From the NCBI GenBank assembly GCA_021613535.1, contig CP075495.1:12276001-12340000 (forward strand): DNA of 64,000 nucleotides. The letters are read 5' to 3'. Under the pieces are notes generated by a model, which was given only the letters and a program-made list of their open reading frames with translations, made no database searches and had not been told where the DNA came from. A program made the translations under genes and the position numbers. Shown here in pieces: positions 13,991 to 27,782 of the stretch. Source of the DNA: Adineta vaga. Lineage: Eukaryota > Animalia > Rotifera. Within the stretch, counting starts at the first letter, position 1. Each line of letters opens with the position of its first letter.

Positions 13991-16900
13991 ATGAAACATA
14001 TACCAACAAATGTCAAAAATAAGTATGAAATACTTGGAAGAATTGGTGAAGGTATGCTCTTTTTTTATCATTATTAATACTCTTTTTTTTTGTAATCATG
14101 ATTATCATTAAGGTTCTTATGGTGTGGTCCTTAAAGCTCGAAAAAAAGTATAATATCCAATGAATTCTAAGAAAGAAAGAATAAATTCATGTTCTATTTA
14201 GGATACAAATAGAATTGTTGCTATCAAACATTTCAAACAAGCACCAATAGGTTTGAAAAGAAGAATGTTTTCTAATTGAAAAAGATTTGTTTTTCATCTT
14301 GAATAATAGGACAATGTACGGATATGGATATCATTGAACGAGAATTAAAAGTTCTTCAATCACTTCGATTTGAAAATGTTGTTGAATTGATCGAATGGTT
14401 TCGTCATAAAAAACAATGTTTTCTTGTATTTGAATATGTTGAATGGAATATGTTACAAGTTCTTCAAGATCATCCAAATGGTTTACCATTAGAACAAGTT
14501 CGTCAATTATCTTATCAATTATTTAGTGCTATTCATTGGTGTCATACGCATGAAATAATACATCGAGATATCAAACCAGAAAATCTTTTGATTTCAAAAA
14601 ATTTTGTTTTAAAACTATGTGATTTTGGTTTTGCAAGATTTTGTAATAGTCAAACAACAGCTGATTTCTATACTGATTATGTAAGAAATATCTATTTGTA
14701 AAGAAAAACAGAAGTTGATTGATTTTTTTTCTCTTCATTCAAATTCAAGGTTGCAACAAGATGGTATCGATCACCAGAATTACTTATCGGGTAGGAGAAT
14801 ATCGAACATTTTTTCAGAGACTATTCGAAAATATCTTACGATAGAACATTCATTGAAGTATAGAAGATAAGTTTTAATAAAAGAACATATGTCTCTTTAT
14901 CATTTGCATATCAATTAAATGATATGAACAGAAAGAAAAAGTCTGACGAATCGTATAGAGATACTTGTGCCAAAAGCGACGTTGTTCACTTTAATGGTGT
15001 CCATCGGTAGACATTCGATTGCTTCTTGTCTTTTGTTTTTTAATAAAATGTCATTATCATTTCAATTCAAAGAGTAAAATGATTGTCTTCTTTAATCTCA
15101 TTGCATTTTTTTGTTCTTGTATAAATATATATATACATAAGTATGTGATGTAAGAATAATATTTACTTTTAAAGATTGCTTTCGACAAAAGTTAACTTAA
15201 CTATCAATTTACGAATTTAATGTTTGCGTTAATCTCATTTTGTATAGAAATAAGTTCACACTTTTTTTCTAATATCTGGTCGATATTTAGATCACCCTAT
15301 GGAAAACCAGTTGATATATGGGCGTGTGGATGTATGTTGTCAACTTTTCGTTTTTTAATACATTAATAAGACTCATCTTTCAGGTATTATGGCAGAACTT
15401 ACAACTGGTCAAGCATTATTCAGTAATATCATTTGAAATCTTCTTCTATGTTCTTAATTTGTTTTTTGTTTTTCTTCTTACCTTTTATATTTTCAGCCGG
15501 TGAAAGTGATATTGATCAACTTTATCGTATCCAAAAATGTTTAGGACCATTACCATCGAAATATGTTGAAGCTATGAAAATAAATCCAAAATTTGATGGT
15601 TTAAAAGTATTTTGAAATTCTATTCTATCTAATTCATACAACAAATAAATATTCTTCTATTTTAGTTTCCAACTATTCATCATCTGGATACATTAGAACG
15701 ACAATATGGTCATTTATTTCCACCTGATATCATGTCTTTATTTGAAGTAAAATAGTTTCTTTTCTCAGAAATACTGATAATAAACGAATACTATAATGAT
15801 TTGATAGGGAACTTTACGTTTATATGCACCTGAACGTTTAACATCTGAAGCATGTGTTCAACATGCCGCATTTACTTATTTAAATCAAAAACAGCAACAA
15901 AAACGTTTACGTCACCAACGTCCGTATGTAAATTTAAACATATGTTGTCCTAAATGATATATTCCATATCTTTAGGAAAACGGTTGGCACTGTTGATACA
16001 TTTCAACCAGAATATGATAATAATAGTTCTGACTTAGTCAGTTTCACTGTACCTTATGGTGATAGTCGTATAAGTAGATGGTACGTTGAATAAAAGACTA
16101 TGCTATCTAATTAAAATACTTTGTTTTTCTTTTAAATTTAAAGGCAAGATGATGTTAGTGATATTCAAATTCGTCCACGATCTCCAGCGTCATTTGTGAA
16201 TAATGGTATTGATAATACTACTGAAATATCTGTTACAGTTCCTTCATCATTAATTTTACAACCACAAAAATATCGTAGCAATACACAGATAACCGATCGA
16301 TCTTTTGCATCGCATCATCAACAATCAAAAACGATTTTAACACCAGCAAGTCCTTATTCTTCATCAAGTGAAGAACGTGTTCAACCAGCTCCTGTCAATT
16401 TAATCAGTTTTAATGATTCGAGTGATGAAAATGATGATAACGATGATGATCCTAATAATATCCTTCTAAATCATAGTCGTTTACGAAGAAAATATGTTAA
16501 AAATTCACAAGAACCTCCATTATCACTACTATTAAATCAAACTCAAGCACTACTTGAACAATCACAACCATTACTATCAACATCTTCGACAATGAAAGGA
16601 GTCTTATTAAGACCTAAACAACAGCATCAAAAACAATCAGTTCGCGTTTTGCAAACGTCATCAAAAGATATGGGTAAAAGATTGAAACGATTTACTGGTG
16701 ATACAACAGACAATCGTTGGCATCAAACAATTCCTGAATCGAACACTCATCGTTCGTCCATGGCTATAGTACCAAATTTGAATACCAATGCATATGGTAT
16801 TCCTATAAATAATAATAATCATAATTTATCACAATTAAAATTTTCACAACACAAAGATGATACTCATAGTGATATTCAACAAAGACCTAGAGTAAATATT

Positions 16901-17914
16901 TAATTCAGATCGAGTATTTTTATTAGATCAATGATCTTTGTTTTTTGCTTAGACACGAGATTTAGTTCGTAGTCGAACAGTTGAATGTCATCCATCTTTA
17001 GAAACAACATCACATGCTCAACGAGCACCTTCAAGACAAACTGTTATTTCTGTAAGATTATTTCCTTTTTATTCAATGGATTCTCTTTCAATAATCAGAG
17101 GTATATTTTGTAGAACTATCAAATTGTACCTGATCTCATGGATCAAACCGATGTTGAGACTACGAGTGAGTCATTGATCTATCCATTTTCAATTGAACTT
17201 AAATTTCTTCCTATGTATATAGTATCAGCTACATATCCCTGTACTCGTAATGGCGATCAATCACAGCAACAAAATGTCAATAAATATCCCGGGTAAGAAT
17301 GTTGACCAATGAATAAACTTTCTTAATAAGATGCTTCGTTATTTTTTCTTTATAGCATTTCAGAACCACGGAAATCAATCTATGCTAGTGATAGTCATTT
17401 AATAAATACGAATACATATAATTCATCTTTCTGTCGACCACATGTAAGTATTCATTGTCTTTAATAGTACTATTCTATTTCACTAATTCTATTCTCTTTA
17501 GCATCCGCCAACTAAAGGCGATTTCGCTCATGTAAGCAAAATTATATTAGGACCTCAACGAGTAGGTGATCGATGAATATCATTATCTATTGTCTACTTA
17601 TTTCTATTTGAATATGAAAAGGAATCCAGTCATGATTTAATTAAATCAACTAAAGCATTAATCAAACAAACTAAAACTACTTACCCAAAACCAACACTTG
17701 AAACGAATCGAGTAAATCAAAATTGATTTTATTTCGATTTTATGTGATATATTCCCTTGTTTAGAGACAACAATCAAGTTTTAATCTTTTCGGTGTCTAT
17801 CCATATACTCGAACAGGGATACGTTATGCTCAAGACTCTACTACTCTCACATCTTATCAACGTCAACAATCAATTCGTTTACCAAGTACAAAATCTCGTC
17901 TTCATGATCGTTGA
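13991..17914 (+). CDS. CDKL5: Cyclin-dependent kinase-like 5-type kinase with a long disordered C-terminal tail; multi-exon
   Basis: [19 protein letters not shown]; VAIK; [16 protein letters not shown]; [19 protein letters not shown]; KLCDFGFAR; [16 protein letters not shown]; GESDIDQL; TGA 17912-17914. Confidence 0.85.
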
Positions 17915-18242
17915 AAATGACGAAATCTTCTTTTAAAAACAACTATTTTTCTTTCTTTTATTTGATTGTTCGTTTAATTGATCACATCTTTGTGCACATT
18001 TGTTGTATTATAAATGAAATTCTGGATACGTCTAACTGATAACTGTTTGAAAGAAAGTGAAATGACAGATCATTTTTTTTGATAAAACTACGCGTTCTTT
18101 TTCCTTCTTTTCGATTTATTATTTCTTTTAGTTTCTATTTGATAATATTAAGTTATTCTTACCTTTTTATGACATGATTGATTAACAAGAATCTTTCCTT
18201 TTCTGTCAATGTTCATTTTTTTAAAATTATTATTATTCGTAG

Positions 18243-19926
18243 ATGAATGCGAAATCAACAAGTCGAACGACAAGTCAACAATCAGCGTCATCACGACCAA
18301 GTACACGAACACCGAAACCACAAACAGATTATACAGATCAAGAAGAAGAATACAAGTAAATCGAATAGAGAAAGAAATATGATAAGAAAAACAGTCTGTT
18401 TACCTTTTTTGTTTCCTAGACGCTTGAATGCACAATTGGAAGCAAAAACACAGGCACTTGTCGAAGAAGCAGAACAAGTCTTAGTGAGTATTAACTGAAT
18501 AATTTTATGATTAACTTTAACTTTTTCTTTTTTGTTTCAAGAGAAATCAAGATCGATTTCTTTCAGCAGGTACTAATAATGATCGAACTTATAGTTTACT
18601 TGATCAAGTTGATACAGACGATCAATTGTATAGGTAAGAATGTTGAACTACGTACTGATATGGATTTGAATTTGTTGTTTTTTTTCTTCAAATAGAGATA
18701 TGCAGAGTGTAGCAATGAAACCAACTGATCATAAAGTTAAGATTTCATTAAATGTTGATAATGAAAACTTGTTTTTGTTTTCTATGTAGAAAAGTTTACC
18801 ACCGTCACAACAACCGAGTCTATCGGCTAGAAACAGAAAATCATCGGCTACGTATGTTTAACAAGAAATAAATTCATTTTGCTCTCTTCTCTCTCTGGAT
18901 AATTCGAATGAATTTTTCTGTCTTTCAGAAGACCTCAATCAAAAATTGGTGATGAAGTTGCTCTTGTTGAAGATAATCGATATGACCAATCGATTGATCA
19001 TACTGCTTTACAAGATAAAGCTCGTAGTACGTTCGATAAGGCAGTAGCAGATATTGAAACGAAAATAAATCGAACTAAAATGAGTATGAATGCAAATGCT
19101 CTTGATGCAGATGATGATGATATCTTTCCGACGGCGGCTAAAGATATGGGCTCTGGTATGATTAAAATAGATGGATACTGTTCATTGCAGTAAAGAAATA
19201 ATTGATCATTTTAGAGGCTAAAATTCGATTTCTCAAGGCACGTCTTCGTGTTATGCAAGAAGAACTGGATCGAATGCATACAGAATGTGTCAAACGAGTA
19301 AGTGCTTTTTCATTATCTAATCAAAGAATACTGTTTCGTTTGTAGGAAGAAGAAAATGAACGTGTCCATTTAAAAGTCAAAGAATCTGATGATGATCGAA
19401 CACGTTTAAATCGTGTGATAACTACTTTACAAGATCAATTAGAGAAATATAAGAAATTGAGTAGTGATACAAAATCTAAACTCGATACAACTGAAGTTGA
19501 ATTGAATTCCTTACGAAAAGAATATGAACAAACAAAACGTCAAACAAAGAAACAACAACAAGATCAAACACAAGTAGATACGAAATTAAATCGTGCTTTA
19601 GAAGAAGCTGAACGATATAAACAACAATTAAATAAAATGCAACAAACAACAAAAGATCTTAGTGAACAAGAGAAGAAAAAAATCGAACAATTAACAAATG
19701 AAAATCGTCGATTAGACAAGCAACGATTAGAATTAATGAATGCATTTAAACGTCAATTAAAATTAATCGATATATTAAAAAAACAAAAGGTAATTTGCTA
19801 AGAAGTTCTTTCGAAGATTCGTAATTACAAATTCTTCCTTTTTAGCTTCATCTGGAAGCATCTAAAATGCTTCAATTTGCTGAAGAAGATTTTTGTAAAG
19901 CAATTGAATGGAATACCACATCATAA
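18243..19926 (+). CDS. TEX9: Testis-expressed protein 9 (coiled-coil centriolar/ciliary protein); multi-exon
   Basis: [84 protein letters not shown]. Confidence 0.9.
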
Positions 19927-21035
19927 CTTTCGTTTGAATTCCTGTATTTTACTTGTATACAATAAAAAGAAATATACATATTCTTATATTCATACGTGTT
20001 TCATAGACAAACATTGATTGTCAATCGAATTGAGAAAAAGAATTAGAATTAAAAGCATTTCAAACATGGAAAATACAAGGTTATATATTGTATTTTATGA
20101 AATAACATTGTTAATGTTATATTGTCAGTCGTCTGGCAAAAGATTTAAAATAATACAGGAAATTGTTTTATGCAGACATAGATGTGGTGATTTTGACGGG
20201 TTATTTCAATAGAATAACATATGAACCTTGATGTATCGTTCATATTTAATTGATATTTGCTTCGATTGAACATTCATCTCTCATTCACGCAAATATCCTA
20301 CTAAATTTACCTTGATTCTACTATACAAAAAAAAACTTTCAGGAAATCTTTCATCGTTAATTATATATAATTGATCTTTCATTAGAATAAAAGAAACAAT
20401 CTATTAAATCAGTATTAATTCGATCGAAGAAAAATGATTACTATCGGATAATACGCGTTAATTTTAATTAAATATTTGTATTCACTACCATTTCCTTGGA
20501 AATATATCTACATAATGAATATTTTCAGTTTTTCTTTACGTTTTTTTTCTTCTTCTTTCTCAGATCGGAGAAATTTTTATTTCTTTCTACTTCAAATTTT
20601 AAGAAAGTAATTCGTATCTAAGCAATACTCGTCGTCAGTTACTTTCCATCTATATATATAGTTTTTTTTTTATTTCAATGAAAAAAGAAAACAAATTGTT
20701 CTTGCTTTTATTTTATTCTGTGCGCTCTGAACAAAATAATCGTTGGTAGATGAAATCAAGAGAAAAGAAAAACTGAGAGAAAAATGAAAAGCAACTTGAG
20801 AACTATAATAGCATACTTCATTCTCCTTTGTGTGCAGCTTCCTTTTTCTTTACCGATGTGTATTTCTTAGTGAGTCGAAGAGAGAGAGAGAGAGAGAAAA
20901 TGAAACGGTAAAAGAAATTTTCTTTTTTGTATATGTTTTACAAAAAGATTTTTGTCAATTGACAAAAGAAAAGAAAAAAACAGAACATTATCAGCTGCTA
21001 AAAACATCGTTTTCTTTAAGAAAGAATATTCAACA

Positions 21036-23254
21036 ATGAATGATTTGCATAAAGTAATCGAATGTGTGCCGAACTTTTCTGAAGGTCAACGAAAAGAAGT
21101 ATGTAGGAAAAAAAATGATGTTGTCAATCAACTGAAATGAATGGACTTTTCAGGTTATTGATACAATTGCACATGCAATTGCTGGTGTGGAAGGTGTTGC
21201 TCTCTTGGATATTGATCCAGGATTGTCAACAAATCGAACAATTTATAGTAAAATCAATGGATTTGTTTTTCAATTGTATTTCAAAAATGTTATGTACTTT
21301 TAGCATTTGTTGGACATCCACAAGCGGTTATTGAAGCAGCTTTAGCAGGTGCTCGAGCAGCATATAATCTAATTGATATGACAAGACATACTGGTGAACA
21401 TCCTCGTATTGGTGCAATGGTATGTAAAAATCTAATTAGAAAATAGAGAATGAAAGTATTTCTTTTGAAGGATGTTGTACCATTTGTACCCGTTCAAAAT
21501 GCAACTATGGCTGATTGTATTGAAATAGCACGTGAATTTGCAGATCGATTAGCAATAGAATTAAATGTACCTGTTTATTTATATGGTGAAGCACAAGAAC
21601 GAGAATATCGTCAAGATTTATCACAAATTCGTGAAGGAGAATATGAAGCACTTTATAGCAAAGTGATTAATAATAAAAATATATGAAAATTCTCATCATA
21701 ATTTTCATTTGATTTAGATAAGAAAACAAGAATGGAAACCGGATTTTGGTAAGAATATTTATTTCATTATTTTTATTTTGTTTATCAATATATTGATATT
21801 TATAGGACCAACAGAATTTATTCCATCATGGGGTGCGACATGTGTTGGTGCACGAAAATTTCTTATTGCATATAATATTAATTTACTGGGTACAAAAGAA
21901 CAAGCACATCGAATTGCATTGAATGTTCGTGAACAAGGAAGAAGCAAAGATGAAGTAAAATATTTTCTAATCGATCAAGTTTAAAAATATATTAAATTTC
22001 TTATAGCCCGGTAAATTAAAATGTGTTCGGGGTCTTGGTTGGTGGCTTGAAGAATCGAATTTAGCACAGATTTCATTGAATTTAACTGATTTTGAGATAA
22101 CCAATATTCATATTGCTTACAATCAATGCGTTACTGAAGCTGAATCACTCAATATCGGTATATGTGGTTCACAAATAGTTGGTTTAATTCCATTGAAACC
22201 AGTACTCATGGCTGCCGAATATTTGATTCAAAAAGAAAATTTATTTATTCTTGATGAAGATCAAAAAATTCGTTTAGTTATTCAACGTTTAGGTTTAAAT
22301 TCGATAACACCATTTATACCTAAAGAACGAATTATTGAATATATTATTCGTGAACGTGAAGGACATGACGATAGTATTAATTCCATGGAAATTAAAGATT
22401 TAATCAAACATATTAGTGCACGATCATTAGTTCCTGGTGGAAGTTGTGTGACATCACTTGTTGCTACACTCGGTACGGCACTTAGTTCAATGTGTGCACT
22501 ATTAACATATGGAATGAAAAAAGTAATATAATTGATAAGATAAAATGAATCTCATGTTTTTGTTTTTCAGTGGGAATCATTAGAACAAGAAATGCGAATT
22601 ATTATTGCACCAATACATGGAACAACAAAAAAATTGATGAATACATTGGATACAGATACTGAAACTTTAAATGCTTTTCTAACCGTTCAAAAAATGACTG
22701 AAACAAATGAAGAAGAAAAACGTTTGTAAGTTGAATATGCAGAGATATAGATTTTGGAAATTTCTTTGTTTCATTGACTTTAGTAAGCAAATTACAGAAC
22801 ATCGTTGTTTACAACGATATCTTGATGTTTCACTAGATATCATGCGACAAATAAATGATTTATGGGAACCACTGCAACGCTTAGCTCCATTATTTAACAT
22901 AAATACAAAAGCTGATTTTCTTGTAAGTTTTCCAAATTTCAAACAAAATCAATTTTTTCATTTACAATCTCTCAGATTGGTGTTAAATGTTTGGAAACTG
23001 CTGTTTACGGTGCATGTAAACGTATTGAAATCTTTTCGTCATCATTAATTGATATAACTGAAAATAATACAACAGATGATACAGATTCCCAATCAAAAGT
23101 AATAGATTTTAATTATATATATTTTTTCTTTTCTTCTATTTCAAATCTTTAGATTTCACAAAAAACTTATCAAGAACAAGCTCATACATATTTGCAAACA
23201 GCACAAAAATCTGTTTCAACAATTCTATCCATAGCTGAATCACGAAAAGAATAG
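21036..23254 (+). CDS. FTCD: Formimidoyltransferase-cyclodeaminase; multi-exon
   Basis: [10 protein letters not shown]; [23 protein letters not shown]; VPVYLYGEA; IREGEYEAL; [19 protein letters not shown]; C-terminal cyclodeaminase domain (PGGS..LTYG.KW). Confidence 0.97.
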
Positions 23255-23336
23255 AAATATATGTGATATAGTCTGTGCACTTACTAGTCTTATTTTGTTT
23301 TTCAATAAATACACATGTCACATAATATATTTCATT

Positions 23337-24830
23337 CTAATTTGTTGTTGATTGTGTTATATTAATCATTTGTACTAAATCCATTTGAATAAGTTTAAAT
23401 ACACTTGTTGTCATTTGTTGAGCTAATTGATCTGGTCGATAATCGATGAATGTCAATGGTAGACGAACAATATCATCACGATGAAAATCACTAAATAATG
23501 GTTTCCATTGTTGATTCCAAAAATTAATTAGATTTTCTTTATCATCGTCTTCTAAAAATGATAAATGACAAAGTATACTACACATTTCTTCTAGTGAACA
23601 ATTCGCTGAAGGAAACTGTGATTTAATACAAACATTATAAATCATTTTCATTTTAAATGCTAAAACAGATTGAGTTTGAAAATATTTTACTAAACGTTTC
23701 ATTCGATCATTATATTGATGAACATATGAAAAAATAAGATTATCTTTCAGTTTATCAACAAATAAATCAATATTTCTATAATCAATTTGATTGAGTATAT
23801 CATATAAACCTTTATGTTCTTCGTAAATATTCGTATTTTCAAGAAAATAATGTGATAAATATCGTTTCTGACAAATATCACGCATAAATGATACCCAAAC
23901 TTCAAAAATATGATGATAATTTTCTAAATCATGTATTTCACATATCCATAAAACACTTGTTCGAAGAAAATAATTATCCAATGTACAACGTAAATATTTC
24001 ATAGCAAATCGTTTTACTAATGTATTCAATTGCCATTCACTTGCATTAAATTGACTGATAATACGATATTCCATAAGTGAAAAATCATATTGAAATGACG
24101 AATTCTTTGATCCAGATGCTGATAAACAAATATGATTATAATTACTAAATTTTTTCAAACGTTTATGTGTTTGAATACGTTTATCAAACCATTGAAGTAT
24201 TTTTGGTCGAAAGGATAATTGTATTAAAGGAAGTACATGATTTACTGTTGATAATAAACTTGATGAAGATGAGAATTGACGAATAATAGAAAATAAACAT
24301 CCTTTAAATATTTCATAGAATTTTATTAAACAAACTGTTTGTTGTGCTAATTGTTTTGGTAATGGAATATTAAATGCCGGTGCACAGAGAATTTCAATTT
24401 GTTTTTCATTCATATCATCCGGTATATTTGGTATTAAAGTCTTATAAATTGTCCACCAATCATTAATCGATATTGATTTATGTACTATACGTGTTGATAT
24501 GATAGACAAATCAAATGAATTGATGGGATAATGTTTGAAAACATCAATATATGATTGTTCACGAATTGGTTCAGTTATTTCAATCAGACGATCTTGTTCT
24601 TTCGTAAATGTTGTCATGTGTTTCGATTTAATAAAACGACATTTCATTTGAAAACCATCAATATATTCGCTTTTATTCGTGTCATCTTCAGAATATATTT
24701 CTGGAAATGTTTTTAATTGTCCATTAAGACGAATTTTGTACTCATGTGGTTTCTTTGTTGTTGATTCAATTGATTGTTCGTCATCGAGATGAGCTACAAT
24801 TACAAAACGTATATCACGTTCAAGTTCCAT
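23337..24830 (-). CDS. Intronless Mab-21/cGAS-like (cGLR) nucleotidyltransferase-fold protein, divergent
   Basis: 497-aa ORF; Mab-21 C-lobe motifs FQYDFSLME (WRxSFSxxE), NYFLRTSVLW (SYxLKTxxLW) and LSHYFLENTNIY (LxHYFxPxxNL); N-terminal ERDIRFV resembles the DhD motif. Confidence 0.75.
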   Translation of the reverse strand: MELERDIRFVIVAHLDDEQSIESTTKKPHEYKIRLNGQLKTFPEIYSEDDTNKSEYIDGFQMKCRFIKSKHMTTFTKEQDRLIEITEPIREQSYIDVFKHYPINSFDLSIISTRIVHKSISINDWWTIYKTLIPNIPDDMNEKQIEILCAPAFNIPLPKQLAQQTVCLIKFYEIFKGCLFSIIRQFSSSSSLLSTVNHVLPLIQLSFRPKILQWFDKRIQTHKRLKKFSNYNHICLSASGSKNSSFQYDFSLMEYRIISQFNASEWQLNTLVKRFAMKYLRCTLDNYFLRTSVLWICEIHDLENYHHIFEVWVSFMRDICQKRYLSHYFLENTNIYEEHKGLYDILNQIDYRNIDLFVDKLKDNLIFSYVHQYNDRMKRLVKYFQTQSVLAFKMKMIYNVCIKSQFPSANCSLEEMCSILCHLSFLEDDDKENLINFWNQQWKPLFSDFHRDDIVRLPLTFIDYRPDQLAQQMTTSVFKLIQMDLVQMINITQSTTN

Positions 24831-25912
24831 ATTAAATACACCAATCGTTGTTTGACAAAATGATATGTAAATGACTCAAGGTTATATTTTATGTATATTT
24901 GATATGCACATTAGATATAATATACATAATAAGCATGAAAAGATGAAAGAGAAAAACCTTGAGAAAAAAAAGAACTTTTCGAAAGTTAATTAATAATGAA
25001 ACATTTTCATTCGTAAAATTTTATTTTTAAGAAGTGAATTATGATGTAGATATTGAGTACATTATATTTTATCTTGTTTATTCTATTTTGAAAGAATTCT
25101 TCTATTTATACAAAGTTTTCTTCGAGATAAATGTGCTTAGTGTTTGATGAGTGACAGATTGAATTAATTCAAAATGAATAGAAAATGATTTTTGCTCGTA
25201 TGTCTCTTACATTACATCACATACTATAATTATATCATAAAAAAATTTCAATAATCTCTACTGTATGACCGTATTTTCGTATTAGTTTACGATTAATATC
25301 ATTGAAAAGATCGAAGAAGTCATATGGATCAATATGGTTTTCATCTTAAGTTTTTTTTTACAATGATTGATAATGACGTATAATCTGCAAATGCCTTTCT
25401 AAATAGATAATGTCGTGTTTAGAGAAGAAGAAAGCCCATAAAGGAAGTTCTATCTGTTAGACATTAACGAAAATTTTCTTTTAGATGCATTTCCTATTCA
25501 AAGATTATTTTCTTATAATTTCTAACAACAAGCATGCATGTTACTAATTCCAAATGAAGAGAAACATTTACTTAATAATCATAAAATCTCGAAATTAATA
25601 TCCATCTGTGAGTCTATCATAAAATAATTCATGTAGTGAAAAGTAATTAACATCACATATCATATTGATAATGTATTCTTTCCCTTTACTAATCGAATTC
25701 GGTTTCAGTTAGCTATAACTATGCTATCTTTAAAATCATTGTTTCTCCTGTTGTTTTCTGATTGATTCACATAAAAAAAGAAATATTTGTAATGAAAAAC
25801 AAACGAAACGAGACAACAATTAAAAAAGACATTATAACACAGTTGATCAAAGAGTTTTATTTAATATGAACATGTTAATAAAAATAAATTGAGCAGCAAT
25901 GAGAAAGAAAAA

Positions 25913-27751
25913 TCAATTTCCACTTGTATTTTTCCAATTTTCACTCGGATCAAGATGAATAATCGTATTCGTTGTTGTATTAGGTGTGCGAGATGGTGTC
26001 ATCAATCGAGGTGGATTTAGTAACGTTCGTGATTGCATATCAATTTGAGTATTTTCATAAATACTTAAAGATTGAGCACGACGCATTCCTGCTTGTTGAT
26101 CATTCTATAAAAACCATTCGAATTATTCTTATCATTCAGATCGAATAGAAGCAATTTCTTATCTTACAAATTGTTGAGTAGTTAGACTTGTTTTCGATGG
26201 TGATAAACCAGCTGGAATGATTGAAGCAGTAAACTCATTACTACCTTCCTCTTTTTCTAATTGATACATTCTATATTTTAAAAAACAAAAGAGACAAAGA
26301 TATAATATATTTAGTTTTTGTTTTACTTTGCTGATAATAATCGTTGATCATTCGATCTTAAAGAAATTTTTGATGCAACACTTGCCGAACGTAAACGTAC
26401 ACGAACATGCGGATCCATTTCATCTTCTTCATCACTTGGTATCATGCCTGATAATTCACACTGACGTTCTTGAAGTTTAATTAATAATTCACGAAATTCT
26501 CGTCGTAAATCTTCTAGTTTTGTTGTGATAATTAAACGTTGAGTTTGACTAGATGGATCTGTCATATCAACATTTTCAAATTGACTTTTTAAGGAAAGTA
26601 ATTCTTGTTGTAATGTTGTCATTTTAGCTTGAATCTAGAAGAGACGAATCTTATTTTAAACAAGAAAAACAATCTCATTTTACTTCTTCAATTGTCAAAT
26701 CATCGGAGATATCGGATATACTACTGATACTTTTTTTCGGTGGTTGTGATCTTGGTGGACGAATAATTCGACGAATTTCACCTGGTATTCGTCGATGAGC
26801 AAGAAGATCTTGAACAGTATTCAACTAGAAATCAAATTTTTCATTATGATAGAAAAAGAAAACAATGATATTTACTTGTTCAATGAAAGATTCAGTAAAA
26901 AATTGTAAATTAGGCACAAGATTGGGATCCGCAATAACAACAAGACGAATTTCATCCGCATATGTTGTGACACAAAGATTAATACTAGCTGTTCCGATAC
27001 TTGGACTAAGACATATTAAACTTCGAACATCTCGATCACATACAGACATTGTTGCTAATGCTGTACTACTTCCAGCAGCAATTGTTGTTAACCATAGACT
27101 AGCACTATTATAAATCCGAGCGATTATCTTATTAGCTAAGACAAGAAGAAAAAAAATTAGAATTTTTCGTAACTTTTTAGTTTCTTTACCTAGACACAAA
27201 GGAAATAATAGAGAAACGATATGTAAAAATAAATACATGGTAGCATATTCTCCATTTTCTTTAACTTGTTTTGTAATTTCGAAAAATGACCAGAGAAGTG
27301 GAATGTTTCCTTCGATATTCATTGGTAATTTTAAACAAAGATGAGCGATTTGATTACCCATAATTATATTCGGAGAATTTGGACGAAGATCACAAGGTAT
27401 TATACAATTCATATCTTCGGAATTAGATACACTAGAAAAAAGGATTAATGAAAAAGAAGAAAATTATCTTTGACATGACATCCGAGTTATTTTATATGAA
27501 GAATATTTTACCCTTTTCATTGAAATATTCTATCTAGTCATGTAACATTTATCCAGAAAATTTCATATTAACTTACCCATATCTGTCCATGTATAAACGA
27601 ACAGTTGAAATAACTAAAGTTGATAGAATATCATTCATACGTGTTCGAGTAACAAGTTTCATTCGATTGACTTGAGTTAAACTAAATGGAGCTGACCAGA
27701 TCACTCGACGTTGATCTTGATTGGGAGGAAATTGTGAATTGATTGTTGAGA

Positions 27752-27782
<31 letters not shown>

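Noticed and set aside
14970-14986. AAAAGCGACGTTG in the long CDKL5 intron resembles antisense to 28S rRNA
   Set aside because: No D box directly downstream and no terminal stem; likely chance
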